Source of the DNA: Candidatus Magasanikiibacteriota bacterium
GTDB lineage: Bacteria > Patescibacteriota > Patescibacteriia > Magasanikbacterales > 2-02-FULL-50-9b
Direction of reading: 5' to 3'
DNA: 64,000 bases
Assembly (NCBI GenBank): GCA_903893485.1
Contig: CAITMK010000014.1
Coordinates: 2,144-66,143, forward strand
The notes below the pieces were generated by a model. That model did not search any database. It was not told the DNA's origin and saw nothing but the letters and a program-made list of their open reading frames with translations. The translations under genes and the position numbers were made by a program. The first letter of the stretch is position 1. The number at the start of each line of letters is the position of its first letter. Below are positions 19,561 through 28,879 of the stretch, one piece after another.

Positions 19561-19572
19561 ATGGCGGAATTA

Positions 19573-19896
19573 TTAAAGCAAATAACGAATGCGTTCAATG
19601 GATGGATCTTCACAAGCGACTCGTACACCTTCGAGCAAGTGCTTTTCATTTTTTTTCACTTCCTGAGCAACTGGCGCAGCACTCACCGAGACGGTTAACG
19701 TATGGTTTTTTAAGTACAGCACACGCACTAATTGCGGGGTTGCACCAAAAAAATCATCGAACACTTTTTGAGATGCTTCAACAACAACAGCTGCTTGTAC
19801 GCCAGCTGTTACGCCTGCATGCGCCGCACGCCCTTTGAGGATATCGCGAAGGTCGTCCATATGGAGTATTGTGTCAAAAATTGGGCAGCGTGGCAA
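19573..19896 (-). CDS. DUF721/DciA-like small protein
   Basis: 107 aa; C-terminal pattern LVRVLYLKNHTLTVSVSAAPVAQEVKKNEKHLLEGVRVACEDPSIERIRYLL resembles DUF721. Confidence 0.4.
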   Translation of the reverse strand: MPRCPIFDTILHMDDLRDILKGRAAHAGVTAGVQAAVVVEASQKVFDDFFGATPQLVRVLYLKNHTLTVSVSAAPVAQEVKKNEKHLLEGVRVACEDPSIERIRYLL

Positions 19897-19920
19897 GTCA
19901 TTTTGCAGGATGTCAAGTGT

Positions 19921-19949
19921 TTGACCATGATAAAAATACGTGATATAAA
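19921..19949 (+). promoter_or_regulatory. Sigma70-type promoter of island B1 gene with overlapping TGTCAA/TTGACC palindrome
   Basis: TTGACC-17 nt-TATAAA; inverted half-sites GTCAAgtgtTTGAC overlap the -35; SD AAGGAG 7 nt before ATG at 20004. Confidence 0.55.
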
Positions 19950-20003
19950 AGGCAAAGGTCTAAAATAGATCTTCCAGGACGAATAACCCCAAGGAGAAAT
20001 TCC

Positions 20004-20234
20004 ATGCTCTCGACTCGAATCGGTTTTTTACTGGCTCAACGGTTTGCCTATGCCACTTGTGGCGTTCTCTGCGTGGCATTTGGCACGATCAGCGCCGGGA
20101 TTGGCGGTATCGCAGCTGTGAGCGTAATTCCGGAAATGATCAGGGATCGCAACCCGAGCCACTGCCTCGGCGCCTTTCAAGTCAGCCGCGATTTCTTCGT
20201 TCTTGGCGCGCAGATCACTTTTTCGCGAGAGTGA
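20004..20234 (+). CDS. GC-rich island B1 small hydrophobic protein (76 aa)
   Basis: Strong SD plus promoter plus own terminator; N-terminal half hydrophobic (IGFLLAQRFAYATCGVLCVAFGTISAGIGGIAAVSVI). Confidence 0.5.
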   Translation: MLSTRIGFLLAQRFAYATCGVLCVAFGTISAGIGGIAAVSVIPEMIRDRNPSHCLGAFQVSRDFFVLGAQITFSRE

Positions 20235-20262
20235 TGATTACCGCCACACACAAAGGCGACCC

Positions 20263-20304
20263 GACCACTTTGTTTCGCACACGCGGACAAGGTGGTCATT
20301 TTTT
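20263..20304 (+). terminator. Intrinsic terminator of B1
   Basis: GACCACTTTG-loop-CAAGGTGGTC followed by ATTTTTT. Confidence 0.65.
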
Positions 20305-20346
20305 ATAAAAAAAGCGCCAGCGCCCGCGAGGTGTGCGGGGCTGGCG
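20305..20346 (-). terminator. Intrinsic terminator of B2 (copy 1 of 40-bp module)
   Basis: Minus strand CGCCAGCCCCGCACACCTCGCGGGCGCTGGCGC + TTTTTTT; near-identical copy at 20985-21023. Confidence 0.75.
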
Positions 20347-20376
20347 TTGCGACAAGTCGCTGGCGGCTGCCAGGGC

Positions 20377-20739
20377 TTATTCGCTGTAGAGGCACGAGAT
20401 GAAGAGCGATTTTGTAATGCCACCGCGAGCGGCTTGTACCTGACACGACTCGCCGACCTTCAGGCGATTCCAATCTTCTCGCGTAACTGAGAGATTAGCT
20501 TCACCTTCATCAATACGAAGCCTCAGCGTAAAGCGATCTTGCGAAACGCGAACCGAGTAGCGACTGCTCGGCTGAATTGCTCCGGGAGCCTGCGTTTTGC
20601 TCACCACCACGGCTTTGCACCGACCCAGATTCTTGCCGAACAAGACCTGGTCGATACAAGAAAATACCATGAAGATGAGCACGCCAGCGAACGTGATCAG
20701 GATCGCCAAGAGTATGAAATTACTAAGAAAATTCAACAT
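20377..20739 (-). CDS. GC-rich island B2: single-pass membrane protein with about 90-aa beta-rich ectodomain (DUF3592-like?)
   Basis: Start MLNFLSNF with SD GGAGTGG; TM helix FILLAILITFAGVLIFMVF, then RYSVRVSQDRFTLRLRID ... SVTREDWNRLKVGESCQV. Confidence 0.5.
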   Translation of the reverse strand: MLNFLSNFILLAILITFAGVLIFMVFSCIDQVLFGKNLGRCKAVVVSKTQAPGAIQPSSRYSVRVSQDRFTLRLRIDEGEANLSVTREDWNRLKVGESCQVQAARGGITKSLFISCLYSE

Positions 20740-20984
20740 TGTCCACTCCAAATCGTACAGCTTAGCCCATGATTGTGTAATAGCTGCAAATTGCACAACA
20801 AAACAGCATAGCATAAATATGCCGTTTTGTCAATGCTTTTAGTGTTACAGACTCAATAATCGCCGTGCTTTTTCATAACCATCTTCATCATTTTCCAGAT
20901 CGCGCAAAACCTCTGTCACGTTTGAAAATTGGGCTTGTAGTTTTTTTAAAAAACGCATGTCGCCTATGGATTTAGGATCTTAAT

Positions 20985-21023
20985 AAAAAAGCGCCAGCGC
21001 CCGCGAGTTGTGCGGGGCTGGCG
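20985..21023 (-). terminator. Intrinsic terminator of B3 (copy 2 of 40-bp module)
   Basis: AAAAAAGCGCCAGCGCCCGCGAGTTGTGCGGGGCTGGCG; differs from copy 1 by a single G/T. Confidence 0.75.
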
Positions 21024-21045
21024 AGAAACAAACGATGCGTGGCGA

Positions 21046-21630
21046 TTAGCCAGGCAGACCGCCAATGCGGAAAGTTGGCGGACTCAGATCTACAATGCGC
21101 GGCGTGGCCGGCGGCGAGCAGCCAAAGTAGTCCAGGATTTTTGCAGCCATTTCTTCAGGACGGCCATAGCCACGGGCAACTGGCAACAAAAACGTCGCAA
21201 GTTCAATCTCGAAGTCCGCGCGCGTCTCGGCGGTGCAAAGCTCATCGAGCGTGGCGTTGCCGTGCTCCCGATAAAGCGCCTCGGCGTCGATGATCGGCAC
21301 CAGACGATAAAACGGCGCCGGCGCGTCATCCGTCGAAAAGGCATCGAGTGCCTTGCGATAAAAGCCACGACGCATCTCCTGCATCCGAACGCCCATCATC
21401 GCCGAATAGTTCAGGTCTCCCTGCATCTCGGCCATGAACGTCAACTGCGCCAGCGCTTCGACGCAGCATGCATACACGTTCGGGTCCGTCGCGACTTTCA
21501 AGAAAGACATGTGCCGAAGCACTTCTTGATATTTGTCGCTCGCCTCACTGCTATACACATCCAGCTGGCTGAGACAAAGCGCAACACGCTCCTGCAGCGT
21601 AGGCTTCACATACTCTGGAATCTTCGGCAT
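21046..21630 (-). CDS. GC-rich island B3 hypothetical all-alpha protein (194 aa)
   Basis: SD AGGGAG 8 nt before ATG; TTGACA -35 upstream; no recognisable domain. Confidence 0.5.
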   Translation of the reverse strand: MPKIPEYVKPTLQERVALCLSQLDVYSSEASDKYQEVLRHMSFLKVATDPNVYACCVEALAQLTFMAEMQGDLNYSAMMGVRMQEMRRGFYRKALDAFSTDDAPAPFYRLVPIIDAEALYREHGNATLDELCTAETRADFEIELATFLLPVARGYGRPEEMAAKILDYFGCSPPATPRIVDLSPPTFRIGGLPG

Positions 21631-21701
21631 GACAATTACTCCCTACTCTTGGTTGATAGAGCAAAAAAAGAGTAACACAAAAAGTGTTAAATGTCAACCC
21701 C

Positions 21702-21808
21702 AGACTTTGATTTTATTTTTCAAAAAGACTGAACCCCATAAAGCGAGCTGCAACGCAAAGCGTTGCAATAGCGAGCGTGTCTTTTTCGAAAAATAAAATC
21801 AAAGTTCT
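21702..21808. repeat. Nested inverted repeat (28-bp AT-rich arms around a central GC hairpin) at the helicase 3' end
   Basis: Arms AGACTTTGATTTTATTTTTCAAAAAGAC / GTCTTTTTCGAAAAATAAAATCAAAGTTCT; centre GCTGCAACGCaaaGCGTTGCAA; right arm overlaps the helicase stop codon. Confidence 0.6.
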
Positions 21809-24660
21809 CTATATGGACAGATGTCTTTAAAATCACAATTCCCACACGCAAACGCGCTCGGCGTCGCCGCAAAATCACTCGTTCGAATTTCCGCAACCGT
21901 TTCGCCAACAAACTTTTCAATTTTTTCCAAATCTTTTTCTTTCGGTACAAAGCTCGCCTTTTCATTATTTTGAATATAATAATAACTGAGCAGTGTTGAC
22001 GTGGTATCGAATTGGCGCAGCGCAGCTAAATAATAAATCAGCAATTGCTCCTTATCTTCGAATTTTAAATCATCAGATGTTTTTGGCGAACCTGTTTTAT
22101 AATCAATAATTTCAACCGTGCCACTTGGCAAAATATCCATGCGATCAATTGAACCGGTCAGCACTTCCCCGCCAACAGAAATTTTAAATCGCTGTTCAAT
22201 AAAAGATGGTTTGGTCCAATGTGCGCTGTTGGTGCGATAATAATCGCGCAGCATGGTTTCAGCTTCGGCGCGTTTTTTTTCTTCAAATATTCGCGACGGA
22301 TATCCCTCAGAAATCCAATGCGCGCCCAAGAGTTCAATCAGTTTTTCCATGGCCGGTGTTTCAATTTCTTCACGAAGTAATTCATACCACGCTTGCAGCG
22401 TACTATGAATCGTGCGCCCAAAATTCATGGTCCATTTGCTGCGCGTTGGCAATTTGAGTACATGACTAAACCAATACTGATACGGACAAGTTTCAAAAGA
22501 TTTGAGCGCGGTAAAACTGTAGGCTTCTTTTTTTTCTGCAGGAATTTGTAGCGGCAAAACGGGTGATTTTTTTTCCGCAACAACATCATCCGTTTCAAGC
22601 GTTGGGGTTATTGCAATTTTTGCTTCCGCAATAAATCGCGATGGTTTACGCACGCGCGAATTTTCCGCAGTTGAATATTTTTCCGCGCACGAAATAAATA
22701 ATTTATTTTTTGCGCGTGTAAATGCAACATACGCCAACCGACGTTCTTCTTGCGTATGATGATCATCGCTCACCGCTTGCTCACGTACCAGCGCATCAGG
22801 CAATTCAATTCCATTCGCGCGTTCGCTTCCCGGAAACCGTCCTTCAATAAAACTAACTACAAAAACATTTTCAAATTCTAATCCTTTCGATGAATGTGTC
22901 GTGAGCAGCTGCACTGCCTCAAGCGCGCCTGCATCCAATGTTTGCTGGCCTTCTTCTCCAAGCTCAAGCAACCGATCGCAGTCAGCCAAAAAATCTTGCG
23001 GTGTTGCATTCGAGTGCGCCGCTTCCCACTCCGCAACAAATTCCAAAAATTGATTTACCAGTTGCATGTCCGCACCGCCCGTTTCAGATCCTGCGGTAAT
23101 TTCTTGTAACAATGCACGAAAATATCCTGACTTTTCGAGCAACTCATACAAAATAGAACTTGCTTTATTCGTGCGTAAAAATTCTACATCGATTTTTATT
23201 TTTTCGCCAAGCGCAAGCAGTGCCGTTTTTCCTTCTTCACTGAGCGACGGCGCAAATTCAGATAACAACGCCTGCGACAATTGCAAATTATTTTTCTTCG
23301 CATGCGCAATACTTTCCAAAACATCAGTCGATGGCACCACGGACACGCGCGAAATTGCAAGCTGATACCACGCGTTGCCATTATGGCGTTCAAGCGCCAC
23401 ACGCAGCAGCGCAAGCATATCAATCGCCGCGCGCGTTCGAAGCAATCCATCGGTTTGTGCAATCACATATGGCACCTGCAAACGTCGAAGTTCACCCGCT
23501 GTTTCTTCCAAATGCGACGACGCACGCGCCAAAACCGCAATTTGTTTTGGATCGCAACCCGCCGCAATTAACTGCGCAATCTCTGCCGCAATCCATTTTG
23601 CTTCTTTTATTGCCGATGGAAATTGATGTGCCTCTACCATGCCACCCGCGCCGCGCGCCGCACGTAATTTTTTCTCACCATTTTTTTCCAAACGATCTGG
23701 ATTATTATTTTGAATCAGCGCATACGCCGCATCCAAAATTTCTTGCTCAGATCGATAATTTTCTGTTAAAAAAACTTCTGCATGATTTGGAAATCGATTG
23801 CGAAACTGCAAAATATTATCAACACTCGCGCCGCGAAATTTATAAATCGCTTGATCGTCATCACCCACCACCGTAATATTTTGTGCGCTGCCCGCGAGTG
23901 CACAAACTAAATCATATTGCGCCATATTCGTATCCTGAAATTCATCAACCACAATATATTTATATCGCGACTGCAATCGCGCCAGCACGCTTGGCCGCTC
24001 AGTTAAAACGCGGTTTGCATACAATAATAAATCACCAAAATCCATGACCCCGCGCTGCAATAAAATTGTTTGATAGGTTTCATATGCCGCGGCTAATTCG
24101 GCCCAGCGTGCCGCATCATCGGCAGCAACTACATCGTCCGTCACCGCGCCGCTCGCAAAATCATCAGCAAATTTTTTGTACTGCTCTACCGAAATATTTT
24201 CATCTTTCGCGCGCAAAAAATGTTTAATTAAACTTCGCAAAAATTTTGTTGGATTTCCATGCGGCTTAAAATATTTTAAATCAAACCGATCAAATTCGTG
24301 ATGCAGCAGTAACCAAAGTTCTACTTCGCTCAGCAGCGGCGCACCTGGCGTCACTCCAATTTCCAATCCATAACGCGACAAAAGTTGCTGACAAAATCCA
24401 TGAAACGTCGCGGTATTCACCGCAATCGCGTTGTGCCCAATTAATTTTTCCAAACGTTCGCTCATTTCCGCCGCGGCCTTTTCGGTAAACGTAAGCGCCA
24501 CAATTTCGCCTGGTTTCGCAAGCCCCTGCTCCACCAGCCACGCAATACGATGCGTAATTACATTTGTCTTGCCCGTGCCTGCGCCCGCAATAATCATGAG
24601 CGGTCCTTGGCCATGTGTGATTGCTTTTTTTTGCGCTTCATTAAGGTGAGACAAATCCAT
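21799..24660 (-). CDS. UvrD/PcrA-family helicase fused to C-terminal Cas4/RecB-like PD-(D/E)XK nuclease with 4-Cys Fe-S motif (single-chain AddAB-like helicase-nuclease)
   Basis: Walker A GAGTGKT, DEFQDT, C-terminal nuclease with CPYQYW ... CGNCDFKDIC; real start MDLSHLNEAQ near 24660. Confidence 0.85.
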   Translation of the reverse strand: MDLSHLNEAQKKAITHGQGPLMIIAGAGTGKTNVITHRIAWLVEQGLAKPGEIVALTFTEKAAAEMSERLEKLIGHNAIAVNTATFHGFCQQLLSRYGLEIGVTPGAPLLSEVELWLLLHHEFDRFDLKYFKPHGNPTKFLRSLIKHFLRAKDENISVEQYKKFADDFASGAVTDDVVAADDAARWAELAAAYETYQTILLQRGVMDFGDLLLYANRVLTERPSVLARLQSRYKYIVVDEFQDTNMAQYDLVCALAGSAQNITVVGDDDQAIYKFRGASVDNILQFRNRFPNHAEVFLTENYRSEQEILDAAYALIQNNNPDRLEKNGEKKLRAARGAGGMVEAHQFPSAIKEAKWIAAEIAQLIAAGCDPKQIAVLARASSHLEETAGELRRLQVPYVIAQTDGLLRTRAAIDMLALLRVALERHNGNAWYQLAISRVSVVPSTDVLESIAHAKKNNLQLSQALLSEFAPSLSEEGKTALLALGEKIKIDVEFLRTNKASSILYELLEKSGYFRALLQEITAGSETGGADMQLVNQFLEFVAEWEAAHSNATPQDFLADCDRLLELGEEGQQTLDAGALEAVQLLTTHSSKGLEFENVFVVSFIEGRFPGSERANGIELPDALVREQAVSDDHHTQEERRLAYVAFTRAKNKLFISCAEKYSTAENSRVRKPSRFIAEAKIAITPTLETDDVVAEKKSPVLPLQIPAEKKEAYSFTALKSFETCPYQYWFSHVLKLPTRSKWTMNFGRTIHSTLQAWYELLREEIETPAMEKLIELLGAHWISEGYPSRIFEEKKRAEAETMLRDYYRTNSAHWTKPSFIEQRFKISVGGEVLTGSIDRMDILPSGTVEIIDYKTGSPKTSDDLKFEDKEQLLIYYLAALRQFDTTSTLLSYYYIQNNEKASFVPKEKDLEKIEKFVGETVAEIRTSDFAATPSAFACGNCDFKDICPYREL

Positions 24661-24689
24661 AGGTATGAATTGTATCACATGCAGCATAA

Positions 24690-25500
24690 AAAAAAGTAGG
24701 GCTCGGCAGCGGCATACGATGCGAAACGAGTTCGCAGGTACACCGCTACCGAGCCGGGAAACTATTCACCGAACAACTTTCGCAGTCGGACACCCAGTTC
24801 GGGCACTAACAGATTTTCTCACGACTAGCAATCGCGATACTCATCTGAATTTCTACAGCCGCGGGCGCATCTTACGATCGCCCATTTTTCCCGCTCCCCA
24901 TTTCAGAGAAACGAGCCTTTAACCTAACTGTCGCTTGAAACAGCAGGTCTCAGTTGTCACAATGCCATCAATCGGCCGCGACTTGCGAATTCACCACCTT
25001 ACCAAATTCCATCGCCATGGAGTTTTGATATCGGACAAAATCAGTCCGACGTGCTGCACATGATAGCGCAGCCGAAGCATCTTTCAGAAGAACCCCAATG
25101 AACACTATCGCCGTTGGGCCAGCTCTGGACCCTTTGCGACGCCGGCTGTCTTTCAACAACCGACTTGCATACTCACCCTTAGAGGTCGCCACCACATCCT
25201 GGTAAAGCCATCCTTACGGTGGCTAACCGACCAAGCGAGATTCTCTACAGGGGAAGAACTCCAGCAATCCACTATGCCAATGGACGCTTTTACTGCCCTA
25301 TACGAGCGACAGCCGAGCAATTATTATACCAAAAAAATAGCAAAAATGGTTAGAGCCATTAATCGATCCGCGCTTTGCGAGATCAACACCCCCTTCGTCT
25401 GGGATTAGGTCGCCATGCCTAGAGGGCCGTTGACAACTTAGAACCAGGATAGCCTATAAAAAGCTATTTGTCAAGACCCGCTTGGCAAAAAAGCTAAAAT
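24690..25500. other. ORF-poor, GC-elevated, highly structured region of about 0.8 kb (candidate large ncRNA or decayed cassette)
   Basis: No ORF above 90 aa with RBS; 13-bp stem GGCTCGGCAGCGG ... CCGCTACCGAGCC at about 24702-24757; many further local stems. Confidence 0.3.
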
Positions 25501-25543
25501 AAAATAAAAAAGACCCGCGACGTGAGTTCTCACAATCGCGGGG
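25501..25543 (-). terminator. Intrinsic terminator of island C gene
   Basis: Minus strand CCCGCGA-loop-TCGCGGG followed by TCTTTTTTATTTT. Confidence 0.7.
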
Positions 25544-25572
25544 GCTCATTGAGCCTGGTTTGCTGGACGCGG

Positions 25573-26091
25573 CTACACCTCGGATGCGCCCGCAGAATTC
25601 GTAGCGAAGATAACGCGTGCGAACACAGAGGCTGGAAGCACTTTCGCTTTCAAGCGCTGCCACGTGGTCGGTTTGCCGTACTGATACAGCTTGAGCGACG
25701 GAAAATCCCGGAGATTCCACAGCGCCGCGCGTGCCGCACCTACATGCGTGACGTCCGTCCAGACCTTGATGACGGTATCCCGTGAGATTTCGCTCGCAAG
25801 CAGGTATTGATGGAACACCACCGTGCTCTGCTGCACCGAATCGCCACCGTAAAGCGTGACGAACGTGGGAGTTTGCTGATTTCCGTGAGGATCTCGCAGT
25901 GCCCACTCCTGCCTCAAATAGTCCAAAATGGCCGTGTGATTGCCTTCGCCACAGAGCGCAACAACCGTTCGGGCGTTGTGCTGCTTGGCAAGAGCGATCG
26001 CGTCGTCTAAGTAATGCTGATGATCAAATGTCTCCGGATTCACGTCGCGACACAAAATCGCAAGGCAGACTGGATGTTTGTTGAATTGCAT
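25573..26091 (-). CDS. GC-rich island C hypothetical protein (172 aa; weak DUF218/YdcF-like resemblance)
   Basis: SD AGGAGG 6 nt before ATG; TTGACA-17-TATTTT promoter with TGn extension; LCGEGNH ... TLYGGDS pattern. Confidence 0.5.
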   Translation of the reverse strand: MQFNKHPVCLAILCRDVNPETFDHQHYLDDAIALAKQHNARTVVALCGEGNHTAILDYLRQEWALRDPHGNQQTPTFVTLYGGDSVQQSTVVFHQYLLASEISRDTVIKVWTDVTHVGAARAALWNLRDFPSLKLYQYGKPTTWQRLKAKVLPASVFARVIFATNSAGASEV

Positions 26092-26119
26092 GGGTTCCTC
26101 CTGTTGGTCCTGCCTTTAC

Positions 26120-26148
26120 AAAATACCAGCTAAGTCGGTTTCTGTCAA
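26120..26148 (-). promoter_or_regulatory. Sigma70-type promoter of island C gene
   Basis: Minus strand TTGACA-N17-(TGg)TATTTT. Confidence 0.55.
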
Positions 26149-26165
26149 GGATTCGGCCCCAAATA

Positions 26166-26216
26166 CAAAAAACGCCCGCAAACCTGGCAAATCCATGGTC
26201 GCGGGCGCTATTTTTA
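26166..26216 (-). terminator. Intrinsic terminator of ATP synthase operon (downstream of atpC), bidirectional
   Basis: CGCCCGC-loop-GCGGGCG flanked by an A-run and a T-run. Confidence 0.7.
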
Positions 26217-26220
26217 TTAC

Positions 26221-28064
<1,844 letters not shown>

Positions 28065-28154
28065 TTTCGTGGTATGGTTGATGGGAGTCGAACGTCATTT
28101 TTCGCTTAAACACTTCGTTTTTAGCTGAAACTGGCCCGATCCCTGGAGGGTGTC

Positions 28155-28796
28155 ATGTTGCGTCGAATCGCTTCGTTTCTGGTTCTCTTTGTGCTCTGCT
28201 TCACAACGACGCCGGCATTTGCTTGGGGTCGCGGTGGTGGTGGAGGTGGTGGTCATGGCGGCGGCGGTTACCGCGGAGGTGGTGGCGGCTGGACCGGTGG
28301 CTATCGCGGCGGTGGCGGAGGTGGTTACTACAACGGCGGTTACCGCAGCGGTGGCAGCTGGGGTGGCTACAGCACCTGGGGCACTAGCCCTCGGTACGTA
28401 AACGCTTGGAACTACCCGAACCGGATCGTCTATCCCGCGCCCGTGCCGATGTGCACGTACCGCGACAGCTGGGGACGAATCTATCAGGCGATCTGCGTGG
28501 CACGTCCGGCCGTGGTGTATGCGCCGCCCGTGCAGCAATACGTGCAGCCCGCGCCGATCCCGCAGCAATACCTGGCGGATCAGCCGCCGGTATACGGACA
28601 GCCGCAGCAGCAAGTAGCTGCCCCGGCTCCGCCCGCAGCTGTTCAAGGCACGCACACCTTCGGCTGCTACCAGGCGCGCGACAACAACTTCTGGTACTGC
28701 GACGCAGACCAGCAGAAGTTCGCCAGCTGCACGCCGGCGGATACCACAGGCAACTTCGTTTGCCAGCAGCAAGTGATCGAATACGTCCGGCCATAA
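28155..28796 (+). CDS. GC-rich island D: secreted Gly/Tyr/Arg-rich, Pro/Gln-rich, Cys-rich protein (213 aa)
   Basis: Signal peptide MLRRIASFLVLFVLCFTTTPAFA; GGGGYRGGGGG repeats; PQQ/PAP linker; 6-Cys C-terminal domain; about 62% GC; opposite strand to the atp operon. Confidence 0.6.
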   Translation: MLRRIASFLVLFVLCFTTTPAFAWGRGGGGGGGHGGGGYRGGGGGWTGGYRGGGGGGYYNGGYRSGGSWGGYSTWGTSPRYVNAWNYPNRIVYPAPVPMCTYRDSWGRIYQAICVARPAVVYAPPVQQYVQPAPIPQQYLADQPPVYGQPQQQVAAPAPPAAVQGTHTFGCYQARDNNFWYCDADQQKFASCTPADTTGNFVCQQQVIEYVRP

Positions 28797-28822
28797 TGCC
28801 GCGCCGTTCGATCGCCAACCCA

Positions 28823-28864
28823 GGCTCCGACCACACAAGCGTGTGGCTCCGGAGTCCTTTTTTA
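28823..28864 (+). terminator. Intrinsic terminator of island D gene
   Basis: GC hairpin (CCACAC-AAGC-GTGTGG core) followed by TTTTTTATTTAT. Confidence 0.6.
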
Positions 28865-28879
28865 TTTATAAGAACTTTA

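Noticed and set aside
21010-21675. 221-aa plus-strand ORF over island B3
   Set aside because: Arg-rich (RRRRVIRRKG) antisense frame. The minus-strand gene has the SD, promoter and terminator.
21702-21808. Integron attC site
   Set aside because: No GTTRRRY/RYYYAAC core sites, and arms are near-perfect rather than attC-like imperfect with extrahelical bases.
24690-25500. tmRNA, RNase P RNA, SRP RNA, 6S RNA or group II intron domain V in the ORF-free region
   Set aside because: Could not find the conserved motifs (tRNA-like GGTTCGA T-loop plus ALAA tag, P4 GGAAAGTCCGG/ACAGAACCCGGCTTA, SRP GGAAGGAAGCAGC, GAGC ... domain V) on either strand by eye. Left as an unclassified structured region.
28085-28100. 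tRNA-like GTTCGACTCCC motif on minus strand in island D leader
   Set aside because: No complementary T-stem or acceptor stem around it.
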